A stretch of 63,963 nucleotides of DNA, counting the filler, from Basidioascus undulatus (lineage: Eukaryota), in the NCBI GenBank assembly GCA_000826855.1. It is 3 parts of 3 records of this genome, joined end to end, with 100 filler letters (N's around TTAATTAATTAA, not from the genome) between each part and the next. Parts side by side here need not be neighbours in the genome. Positions count along the whole stretch, not along the records: positions 22,270 to 44,364 come from JTLS01000302.1; positions 44,465 to 63,963 come from JTLS01000414.1; 1 more part is not named here. One strand, written 5' to 3'. A model generated the notes under the pieces. It ran no database searches and had not been told where the DNA came from. It saw only the letters and a list, made by a program, of their open reading frames with translations. Made by a program: the position numbers and the translations under genes. Position 1 is the first letter of the stretch, and every line of letters begins with the position of its first letter. Below are positions 39,625 through 50,718 of this stretch, piece by piece.

Positions 39625-42600
39625 ATGACACCTTCGACTCGTCGACTCGCCACCATCCTTACCCTCTCTGCCTCCCTTGCCGCCGCTGCGCCTGAGCTCG
39701 TACCAGGATTCGAGGCTGTAACTTTCGCAAGCAGGGCCTACGACTACGTGAGTCTATTTTGCTTGACGTTTAGGAAGGTAGCAACACACGCACTCAGTGG
39801 TCGGCATCAGATCGTCATTGGTGGTGGGACTGCAGGTCTGGCCGTTGCGGCGCGGTTGAGTGAGGATGCCGGCGTAACTGTCGGCGTATTGGAGGCTGGA
39901 ATCAGGTAGGCTTTGGCTCTTCCTATGAACTTTTGTGGTTGATTAGGCGGTGGTATATGCCATTTGCGATGCTGTGCAGTGGTGAAGGGGACGACATCAT
40001 TGATCAGCCTGGCAAGTTCGGTGCCAATATCGGAACAATCTGTGAGCTTCTGGTTGTATTTTCAATCGTTTTGTATAGGGGCTGAAGCTCTTATAACGAT
40101 GTGCCAGATGATTGGAACTTCACCGTGGCCGCCGTTCCCGAATTTGGGATTCCTGCTGTCAACTGGCCTCGAGGCAAGGTCCTTGGCGGTTCGTCCGCGT
40201 TGAACTTGTGCGTATTCGATTACCGGAATCAAAAATTCTTTACCGTTGGCTTACTCCCACCTAGCATGGTGTGGGACCGCCCTGCTGAGATCGAGATCGA
40301 TGCATGGGAGAAGCTGGGGAACCCAGGGTGGAACTGGGAGAACCTGCTGCCGTAGTACGTCTCGATCTTCGATTGAGCGGTACCGGTTGTCACTACCTGA
40401 CGAAGGACTTGTCCTACAGCATGAAGAAGTCGGAGACTTACGACGCGCTCTCTGACGAGACCGCGGCCGCGTACAACCTCGATGAAGCCGGCGGGGTGAA
40501 CGCTAACTATTACGGCACTGACGGTCCGATTCACATCTCGTACCCGGACTACGTTGCCCAGCAGCAGCAGCTCTGGCTCCCCGCTTTCCAAGATCAGGAG
40601 GTTCCTCTCAACAGCAACGCAAGTAGCAACCTCGCTTCACTCTCTTTCTTCCAATCCTGCAATGGTCTCGACTCACTTCACTTTTAAACAGCCTCTGTCC
40701 GGCCACAACCTGCACGCCAACATTTCTCCGTCCAACGTCCGCGCAGACAACTCTTCCCGAAGCTAGTACGTTTTTGCGTATCGCTCGCCTTCGAGTGATT
40801 CTCTAATGGTCATCTGTGCGCTTCCAGCTCTGCTCCTGCCTACTACTTCCCCAACTCGTACCGCCCCAACCTCTCGGTCCTTACCTCCGCGCGCGCCACC
40901 CGCCTCATCTTCGACGACAACAAGGACAACGGTACGCTGCGCGTAAAGTGCATCGAGTTCCAACATGGGGGCAAGACGTATACTGTCGAGGTCCTCAAGG
41001 AGGCGATTCTCAGTGCGGGCACCGTTCAGACGCCCCAGCTTTTGGAGCTTAGCGGGATCGGCCGCAAAGACATCCTCGAGGCGTGAGTACAGCCCTTACC
41101 GGGCTGTACAAGAGGCAAGAGTGGCTCACAACGCGACCTAATACAGCGTTGGCGTCAAGGTCAAGCTCGAGCTTCCGGGCGTGGGCGAGAACATGCAAGA
41201 CCACACGTACTCTGCTGTGGGTTTCCGAAGCGGTTCTCGAATACGCGTTTCTCTTACAATGTTCTCTTGCCGCAACAGGCCTCTTGGGAGCTGAAGCCCG
41301 ACGTAGTCACTCTCGACTCTCTGTGCGCTTTCCCCTCTTCTATTACGGGCTGCTGGGTTCTGACAGGCTGCATAATGGAGTAGTCGCAACGACCCCGAGT
41401 TCGCTGCCCAGCAGGAGGAGCTCTGGGCTACGCCGAACGGCTCTCCTTCCATTCTTGATGAGGCCGTCGGCTCCATCACCTACCTAACGCTGCACGAGCT
41501 GTCTCCCGACAACGCCGAGTCGCTGTACGCTGACGTCGTTGCGTGGGTCGAGGAGCGCAAGGTCCGTCCTTGAAAGCTATTTGAAGTCTACGCTTGGGCT
41601 GACTTCCGTCCCGGCGCAGGACTCGTCCTACTACGAGCAGTGGAAGATCCAACTCGAGTTTCTCAGCACGCAGAACAGCTCTGTTGGTCAGATAGAGCTC
41701 ATCGGCAAGTGCTTCCGAAGCAACGTTCGCGCTGTCCCTTTCGCTTATGCTTCTCAACATAGGCGTGGACGGCTTCTTCACCGGAGGCGAAGTTCCGGAG
41801 GCTGGCAAGGTGTACACGACGCTGCTAGCCGCCAACCAGCACCCCTTCGGCCGCGGCACCATCCACATCAACTCGTGCGATTTGCCGTTTCTGCGCCCGC
41901 TTTCTTTGGTCCACTGACCATTATAATGTCCTCAGGTCTGATCCGCTCGCCTACCCGGTGATCCTTGCGAACTACTTCTCCAACCCCTTCGACACCGCTC
42001 TGCAGACCGCTGGAACGAAATGTGCGTTGGCTATCCTTGTGCGTTCGCCGCGCTGCGAAACTGAAAGACGAGAACAGACCTTCGCACCATTGCCGAGTCT
42101 CCTTCTTACCAGAGCTTCATCATTCAAGAGACGCTTCCGGGAAAGGACGTCACCACCGATGAGCAGTGGGAGGCGTACTGGAAGGTGCGCTTCTGACCAT
42201 CTCTCCCGCGACAAGAACCCCCCTTTGACATGTCGCTCCGCAGACTCACTTCACCACCGAATACCGTACGCGCTGCATTTCACCCGACCCATTCCATATC
42301 TGACACTCGGAGCGCTCGCAGACCCGATCGGCACGGCCAGCATGCTCCCCCGCGAGAAGGGCGGTGTCGTCGATGCCGACCTCAAGGTGTACGGAACGTC
42401 GAACCTCCGCGTTGTGCGCAACGTTCTCCGTTCCGCCCAGAAGAAAGCTCTCATACTAAACAAATTTCTCAGGTCGACGCAAGCATCATCCCGCTCCACA
42501 TCTCCGCTCACGTCCAGGCCGTGATCTATGCGATCGCGGAGAAGGTACCGTGCCATCGCTCAGCGCTGCTATAAGAATTGGCCCGCAACTGACCATGGCC

Positions 42601-42645
42601 GTGGGACCCGGAACCTAGGCTGCCGACATTATCAAGGCCTGCTGA
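39625..42645 (+). CDS. Secreted GMC oxidoreductase (AA3_2, glucose/aryl-alcohol oxidase-dehydrogenase type)
   Basis: Signal-like N-terminus. YDYIVIGGGTAGLAVAARLSE, WPRGKVLGGSSALN, ILSAGTVQTPQLLELSGIG, GVGENMQDH, TEYHPIGTASM, GGVVDADLKVYGTSNLRVVDAS and SAHVQAVIYAIAEK (His/His pair). Confidence 0.95.
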
Positions 42646-43645
42646 GGGAGGCTCTAATTGTCGTCGTCTCAAAACAGAGCTGGACTGGCCTGTGGAAGGA
42701 CATCCCAGCTCTGCCGAAGACACAAACGATGCTTTCATTTTACTTCTGTATCTCTTTCCACACTCCTAGTTCTACTACATCGATACACCGCTACAACAAC
42801 AACCCTCTTGATTACCATAATGGTGCATTCAAATTCAATGTGCCGTGGCCATGGATTCTGCAGCTTGCGCACGAAGAGAAACTGCTATACTGTACCACCC
42901 GAAGCAATCCAGAAACGGATCGGAAAAGAAGGCACTGAAACTAGAATTCGTAAGGCTCATGGAATGAGGTTGTTCAATCTACAGACGTATCAACAGTTGT
43001 TAGTTGGGAGTATCTTCTGTTCGACCCTCTCTGCCCGTGCCTGCTGAAACAACCCTGCCAACCGGACCAACAAAAGTTCTGTAACAGAACCTTGCAGACT
43101 CCCCACGTCCACGTCCAAAGTACGAGAGAGATTTACCCGACATCGCCCTCTACCGAGTGCAGTCTGCAGGAAAGCCGTTAGAACGCTATTGATGTATCCG
43201 GCAAATCTCCGTTCTCCAAGCGAAGTCCTTCTTGTCGTTTCCAAGTTGCATGAACCTCCCCTGCGCGTCAGGTCTTCCCTCAAGGCTCGTCCATGCAACT
43301 CAACCTGGGGCAACCTGGGCCCTTGCTCCTTCCGCCCTTTTGCTCGCTCCCTTTAATTCACGACCCTGCATCTTGACATACCTCAACTGAATACGCTCGT
43401 CCGCATCCGTATCCTCATTCTTCAAAAGAGCATTTTTGTATCCTTCTTTAACTTCATCATTCTTTTCACATCATACAGAAACTCAAGAAAGCCAGGGTGT
43501 GTATAAGGGTGTAGGGGTGTGCGACGGTTCGTCCGTATCTAGTCGGAGGGTATCCGCGAACTCGGATCTAACGTAGTAACGGCGCGAGTGGAGAGAGAAG
43601 GAAAGAGACAGAGGAAGGGGAGGAAGGATGGTGGGGGGGAACGCC

Positions 43646-44364
43646 CTAACGCGAGACGGCGTCGATCGCCTTGGCGACGTACTCGACGTTGTGCGAGTTG
43701 AGGCCGGCCATGCTGCAATGCAAGCGAGGTAGGCAGAGCGCGTCAGTCGAAATGGGGGTGAAGAGGACGAGAAGGTGGAAGGTGCAGGCGGAAGGAGACA
43801 GTGGATGGGGGGCGGGTGAGATGGACGGGGACGTACGATATCCGCCCGTTCTTGGTCAGGTAGATGTGGTGCTTCTCCACGAGCGCCTGGGTCTGGGTGG
43901 GGTTGAGGCCGGTGAAGCTGCATCACAGGCACCACAGATCAGCATCCCCAATACAAACCCCAAAACTGCGGGAGAAAAAAAGGGGGAAGGTAGCAATGAG
44001 GTCGCCGCACCTGAACATCCCAATCTGCTCCGTCACATGCTTCCAACCCTTGCCTCCTGGGCTGGGCGTGCCGTACCCCTCCAGGAGCGCCCTGAGCTTC
44101 TGCCGCATGTCGATGATCCTCCCCGCCATGGTGGAGATGTCCTGCTCCCACTGCGCGAAGAGCTCGGGCGAGTTGAGGACGCGCGCTACGAGGCGCGCGC
44201 CGAACGCGGGCGGGTTCGAGATCTCCGAGCGCTGCAGGACCGAGATCTGCGAGAAGAGACGCTTCGTTTGATCGATGTCCCGCCCGACGATGTGCAGCGC
44301 GCCGACACGCTCGCCGTAGAGGCCGGCGTTCTTGGCGAAGGACTGCCTGGAGGGGTTGAGGAGG
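43646..44364 (-). CDS. Aspartate aminotransferase, 3' part (5' part lost in the gap)
   Basis: SFAKNAGLYGERVG (PLP lysine motif), RSEISNPPAFGAR, MAGRIIDMRQKL, QIGMFSFTGL and HIYLTKNGRISMAGLN. Resembles the cytosolic AAT2 type. Confidence 0.93.
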
Positions 44365-44464
44365 NNNNNNNNNNNNNNNNNNNNNNNNNNNNNNNNNNNN
44401 NNNNNNNNTTAATTAATTAANNNNNNNNNNNNNNNNNNNNNNNNNNNNNNNNNNNNNNNNNNNN
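44365..44464. other. Artificial contig spacer (44 N + TTAATTAATTAA + 44 N)
   Basis: Identical to 22170-22269. Confidence 0.97.
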
Positions 44465-44881
44465 CCTGTCCCCCCGGCCTTTATCTTCCGCCTTCACCTC
44501 GTTCCGACAGCCCACATCTCCGAGCGCGCAAGGGAAAAGATGGCGGAGGCCGGGTTCGACGAGGAGGACGAGGAAGAGCAGGCGCTCCTCCGCGTCGCGG
44601 CGAGCACGCCCCGCGACCTCGAGCGCCTCGACCTCATGTTTGCTGGGTCGCCCCATCGCGAGGCGGCGGGCGCTGCTGCACCGGCCTACCAGGCGAGCGC
44701 GCCGCCGCTGGAGCATGTCGAGGGCGCGGAAGCGGAGGAGGACGCGGATGCCGGGGCGGGCCCGACAGCGCCGCCTATGCCTGACTCGCACGCCCCGTCC
44801 GCTCCCCCTCTCTTACCACCGTCCTCCCCATCCTCCCCCACGTCGACGCCGTCACCTTCCGCCCCTCCTGCATCACCCTAG
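44465..44881 (+). CDS. 3' fragment of a protein with an acidic, P(S/T)AP-rich tail
   Basis: GC-rich frame ending PAYQASAPP...PTAPP...PSAPP...PSAPPASP*. Confidence 0.55.
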   Translation, partial: PVPPAFIFRLHLVPTAHISERAREKMAEAGFDEEDEEEQALLRVAASTPRDLERLDLMFAGSPHREAAGAAAPAYQASAPPLEHVEGAEAEEDADAGAGPTAPPMPDSHAPSAPPLLPPSSPSSPTSTPSPSAPPASP

Positions 44882-46545
44882 CCGCACCCCTCTCACTGCG
44901 CAACTCTTTCACCCTCTTCCTGACCCCCTTATTCGGAACTGCCCTGCCGCCCCCTTGCCTTCGTACCATTCGACCCCTTTATCTCTAGCCCTTGTCTTGC
45001 ATCCTCACGTTTTACGTAGTCCAGCTCGCCCGGCGCTCCCCATGCGCTTTGTTTAGTACGCCGCTGTGTTGCTGCTGTTGTGCATTAGCATTGTTTCTTG
45101 AGCTGTGGACGCGCACGCTGTGTGCCTTTAAAGTGAATGTTGCGCGGAAACGTGGCTCAGGACGCAGATCAGAGTCAGTCTTCGATGTTTACCGAGACTG
45201 CAGGAACGCATAAGCAGAGGAGTCGGTCGTGCCGCAGCCTATCTCTGACAAGTCATCTGCGGGTCCGTCAACAAAGTCTCCTGAAATTGGGGGACATGCA
45301 TGAACGTTCTTTTGCATCTCATGGCGCTACTCGCCGTCGGAAAGCTGTAATGGGATGCGGGAACCACCATGAAGCGTTCAAGTTAAGATGCGCAGTTTAC
45401 TGGAATGTTTTCTCACAAGAACGACAACCTCGAACGCCGGATCACCTAGTCCTATTCCGCTCGGGCACTACACCATCAAGATGCAGCTGGTGCGCGAGGA
45501 ACCAGCGCGGTCGCACCGCCGCTGAGTTCTGTATTCCCCTCCCGGCGTCCTCGTCCAAGCTACGACGCAGCCTTCCCCCAAGATTCCGGCCAACGCGTGA
45601 GAGCGCAAGGCGTACTTTTCCAGGCCGAGCGACTCGATGTAGCGGGACAAGCGGGAGAGCTGCAAGTAAGAGGAAAGGAGCGTCGGTTGGACCGCAGACT
45701 AAAGCAAATGACTGTTCAGCAGCTCAACTTCTCTGATGTGATGGAGAAGTACGAATCGTTGTAAAGAATTTATTTGTAAGTGCTATTCAGCATAATCATC
45801 TGCCCATCACCACCGTTTATCAGAGCGTGGGAAGCGAGCCCGTCCCGCTGCGACCCGGGCTTGAGCAGCGAGGTCAGGGCCCCGTTGCGGCTCCGTTTGG
45901 AGAGGGCGCGTCGACCTAACGAGAGAACGACCGCCCAGGGAGGTTTTTAGTCGAAGGCGTCGAAGGAGAAGTCCTCTTCGTTATCCAGCCCATAGCGCAG
46001 CTCCAGCAGGTGAAGGTGGTAGTACTGGCGAAGAAACGCGTCGAGCTGCACAGAGATGGGCATCTTCAGTACATTGCAACCTGGAACAGCGGTTATGTCG
46101 GACTTACACCTCCTGCAGACAGCATTACCCGCATGCGCCAAAGCATGAGACAGGTGAGGCTGGCGTCGTGCATGTAATCCGGGTCAAGACGGTATTCTGC
46201 GCGCCTTCCTGGGCTCAGAGCTCAGCCCGACAGGGAGCAGCGCCAACCCACTTCAGAAAACATGGAATGACGCAGGCAAACCTTCCAGCTCGGGTGCGAG
46301 GAGCTCCTTCTGGATCGCGCGGACCACCTCAAGCGGCATGAGGACGAAGGAGCCTTGAGCATCGGCGCCCAACTTCTCAGAGTCACCGCCAGTGACGAGA
46401 ACAACTTGACATGAGCGGAGCTGGGTGGATCACAGGATGTGAAAAGCAGTACTGACCCGCCACGGGCATGCGCTTTTTGAATCGTGAGCGCCGTGTGAGA
46501 TGCTGCTCGAACGCTTGTTTGCCCTGATACAGCCGTTCACGGGCC

Positions 46546-46616
46546 CCAGATTTAGCCTGGCAGAGCAAGGAGCAGGCGCCAGATTTAGCCTGGCAGAGCA
46601 AGGAGCAGGCACCAGA
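46546..46616. repeat. 33-bp near-perfect tandem duplication
   Basis: ccagatttagcctggcagagcaaggagcaggc(g/a) x2 + ccaga. Confidence 0.92.
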
Positions 46617-47319
46617 AACGCCCCAGCAGTCGACGCACAATGTGCAGAGCACGGGTGTAGTAGTGATCAAAGCGGTCGGGATTTCGTAAGAGATAATGGA
46701 TGATGAAAAGGTGGGTGTTGTGTGGAGGGTAGGAGAGGAGGCCGATTTCAACGAGGTTCGCAATACCAGCGCTGACACCGGCCCTGAATAGATTTTGATG
46801 AGCTTCATCTTCCTTCGGAACCATACGTCAGACAAACCACGTCCAATGCCGCACACGCACCAGCGCCGGAGGGGGATGGGTGCACGCGGTGCCATCGCAC
46901 TCCGTTCCCAAGGTTGTCAAAAGGACCGAGGGAGACGAAACGCCAAAGTGCTGCTCCCATCATACACAGACCATGGAATGCGAATGAGATTGTTTTAATC
47001 CAGCACTGCGTTTACGGATTACAAGGCTAAAGCAGACAGCCGTAAGCGCCTGCAACTGCTCTCGTCCCTTGGACACCAAAAGCCGGTACAAGCGATCCAG
47101 TTATTGCCCGTCAATCATCTAATGAATGAAATAAAGGTGCCGCCGGAAGTGACTGTGGAAGCCATTGTTTTCAGGCAGAAGCCGCTTCTTTTCACAACCA
47201 ACTGGCCGACGTACAGCGACCGGCACCCCATGCAGACCAACTACGGCAGCGCGACAGCGACATCAACCAAGAAGGATCGATCCGTCGCGTTACCGGAACG
47301 GTGAAAGAGTCATCGAGGC

Positions 47320-48521
47320 TCAAGCGAGAAAGACAAGGCCTACTCCCACAACAAGCAGCGTCGCAAGTCCCGTCGAAGTCCCCGCAGACACATATCCAGC
47401 CGTGCCCCCTGGCAGCCCGGAGGCAGCGAATGGGCCGGTGGTGGGCGTGTTGATGTGCGCGCTCGTGGTGGTTGCGGAACTGTAAGTATCGGATGTCCAT
47501 TCAACAGTGAGCGCGGGGGAGAAGCGGAGTGGGAAACATTACATTGGGTTTGAAGGACTGCCATTGGTGAAAACGAGTTAGCCGCAGCGTTGGGTGAATT
47601 GCCTCCTCGGCGCGACGTACATGTAGCAGCGACCGGCGCGCCTAAGTTGTTCTACTCCGCAAACTAGATGCGTTGAAACCAACGCGCGCACTCCCTCTCT
47701 GCCTCGGCGTCGATAGGTTGTAGGTCGAGGCGAAGCCGGCAGGCTGGTTGTATAGAGCGAAGATGTAGCTATGTTGCGCAACGATCCGCCGTAAGCCCCG
47801 CGCTGGATCCAGCGGTCGAGTGGAGAGGGAACCAGGAGCAAGCGAGGCACCGGTAAAGGCCAGTCCCCTCCGGTGGGCCCGGCCCAAAGTAGGGCTGCGC
47901 ACCCGTACCGGTTCCCCCGCTCCCGACGAGAGAAGAGGGACTAGTTTGCGTGAGTTCGGTCAGAAGCCAGTGGAGAACCTTGAAGCAACGACCAAGTGTC
48001 AGAAGTTGCGCTCCATTCAGCAAGGTAGCCCACTGAGGCCAAAGGAAGCCTACCTGCGAGGCTGGAGCATTCGCCTGTGGAGAATGGCGTGTGAGTGTTC
48101 GTGCGCATTTGGAAGGGTGACAAGGTACCGAGGACGCACATCCGAGTCAACCATGAACAACACGAACTTCCCGGCGACTGCGCCGTGGCGTTCGATGTGA
48201 GAGTCTCGAGAAAGATGTTGGGGGGGCTCTGCGTGGGCTGTGGATGGCTCATCAGTGCAAGATCCGTGTCTGAGCTTCAGGTATCGGAACAGACGGATAT
48301 CTGCCGCGATCCACCTCCGAACCATCCGCGACCTTTCCTCCTACGTATTGCACGCTAAGCACCGGAAAAACCGCCGGCACGATCCCTGAGGGCATAAGCC
48401 AGCTCGAGATGCTCTGTGCGGTAGCGCATATGGCGGAAGACGCGGACGCTCCGCAAGAGACGTTGCCCTGGGCGGGAACCAGCGTGAGGAGGAGGGCGAA
48501 AAGACTGAGAGTGATGAGCAT
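47320..48521 (-). pseudogene. Secreted PEBP-family gene with a GPI-like hydrophobic tail, disrupted
   Basis: Signal MLITLSLFALLLTLVPA. PEBP motifs KFVLFMVDSD, VLHWLLT, PYFGPGPPEGTGLYRYIFALYNQP and LGAPVAAT. Frameshift and TAG near 47645-47665. Tail GLATLLVVGVGLVFLA*. Confidence 0.7.
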
Positions 48522-48599
48522 CGTGCGAGGCTCGAAGGGTTGATGGCGATTTCGATACCCTGGATTCGAAGTAGTATGAGCCAATAAGTGAGTAGAAAC

Positions 48600-50324
48600 T
48601 TCCATAAGAAAAAGGAAAAGTGCTGAAAACTCACGTCGTAACCGGCCCCCAGTTCTCCATGACATGACAATGACCTCCACCTTCTCGTCGAAGGAGAGGT
48701 TGCTCGCGCTCAGCTTGCCATCTGTGTCGGCGTATCTCGCGATACATGGCGTCATAGTAGGGTGACCCCGTCGCGACGAAGAGCTCCAGCGCATAAGACA
48801 GCGGTTGCGAGCGGGCACGAGCATGCTCTATCGCGAGCGCGAGGATGTATCCGTCTTCTAGGGCGAATGCTGCTCCCGAGCCTGCAAGATAGGAAGGGTA
48901 GACTGCGGTTAGTCTTTGATATCTTTTGATTGCGATACAGGCTGGCGTACCGAATGCGCCGGAAACAGCTGACCAAAGGCAGGATGAGGGTGAGCGAATC
49001 TCAAACATCGCGCAGACTAAAGGCGGAATGCTTACGATGGGGTGCATTACCAACCAATGCGACCGGGCCGCCTTGGACCAAAGAAGACAGACGAGGCCCG
49101 GCGAACGCAGCGTACTGGCGAATAGACGGAGCGGCGGCAAGAATCGCACGCACTGTCGGGTGGAATGCCTGAAACCAACAGAGGACCGAGTTGAGCAACC
49201 TGTAACCGCTGAACAGCATATAGATTCAGAATATACTTGCGTCGAAGTGTTCGTAAACCTGTTCAATGGTAGCATCTTTGCCCCACGAGACCCGGTTGCC
49301 TTGCTCGGCAGGTTCCTTCGTGAGCGCCGTGATCTCGTACTTGTTGCCACCCACCTCGACCTCGGTCGTGTAAAACCAGCGGTCCGTTCCATGCCACAAG
49401 ACCGTCCCGTTGGGGAGGCCTTCGATGTTCTAGGTCGAAGTCGAAAATGGTGCGGTAGAAAACCCTGTCCGTGTAGGCGATCTTGTGCTCGGCAAACGCG
49501 AACTGCCGGACAACCTGCACAGCTCAAACCACACAAATTGAGAAGTTCCGTCATGTTAGGGGTAATCTACCGACCAAATGCCGTCAGCACCAACGACGAG
49601 GCCCACTTGGTCCGCGCTGCTGTCCCGGAATCGCAGGGACACCCCGCTCGGTTGATCTTCCAGGTCGACGAGCTTCTTGTTAAGCTGGATGAGCCCGAGC
49701 GGGACGTGCTGCACCAAGGCTTGTCAGCTTAGAGCGCTGCGTCCGGGGGTGGAGTAGGTAAACGGATACGGCTAGAAAATTAACTGGCAAGTGAGTGATC
49801 TTGAAAATTCTAGGAAAGCGTCCACGAACCATCTTGGGTGCCGTGCCGCAAGATCTTCCCCGTTCGCCCGTTGCTGTGGAAATGTGAGAGCTTCGGTCAG
49901 CGTTCTTGTAGAGTTACCATAATTTTGGGATACTTCAAACTTACAGATGCTCCGTCCAATGCCCCTTCGATGCCGGGTAGAAAGAAGTCAAGCTGCCGGC
50001 AGCACCGAGAAGCTCGAGGATCCGCCAGGAGTTTCTGTTGATGCTTATGCCATGCGAACAGCGTTGTATCAGTCCCATTCGACCTAGTCTCTCGGTTAGA
50101 CTTCACGTACAGTCCAACCTCCTTCAGCTCTCTCGCCTGTTCTTATACCCGGATCTCCACGTTCGGGAGGCGACTGAGCGCGATGGCTGCGCCCAAACCG
50201 CCTGGGCCACGGCCAGCCAGGAACGTCTTCCAGGCACGCAATGCGCAAGTGTGCTTGCAAAACATCTATTATCAGCAACGTGGCCGTTGATGAGATTGTG
50301 CAATATGATTCCAAATTTTGCCAT
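48600..50324 (-). pseudogene. FAD-dependent monooxygenase (salicylate-hydroxylase-like) pseudogene
   Basis: GPGGLGAAIALSRLPNVEIRV*EQARELKEVG (TAA at 50143-50145), LVVGADGIWS, a degenerate VALVGNAPH and GSGAAFALEDGYIL. Several frameshifts. Ends approximate. Confidence 0.82.
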
Positions 50325-50718
50325 GGTATGAATCAGTATTGTACACCATTATCCTGGATCCTTCGGCGCGCCGGGGAAGTCTTGCCTGCTGAGCACTTCC
50401 GACAGCCACGGCGATGGCGCTATGCTGGGAGTTGAGCTGCGCTGACTGTGTGGGTCGCATCTGTGTAACGGAGACGCGAGGAGCAAAATGATCTATAGTC
50501 TTCAAGGTAATTTTAATTTCCATAGACTTCACTCGCGTAATCCAGCCTGTCGTTGCCGTGCTTGCCCGAGCAAGGCAGTCAGCCGCAGCGGCTCTTTGCA
50601 AATGCGCCCCTCTCTGAGCCTTGCAGAGCACGAAAAGTCGAAGGACTTATCGTGCCCTGTTACACTCTGCGTATTTTTACCCTCAAGCTCTTTGAGCTTC
50701 CTTGCCCACCATCCAGCC

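Noticed and set aside
46546..46616. CRISPR-like repeat
   Set aside because: Two adjacent copies with no spacer, in a eukaryotic context. This is a simple tandem duplication.
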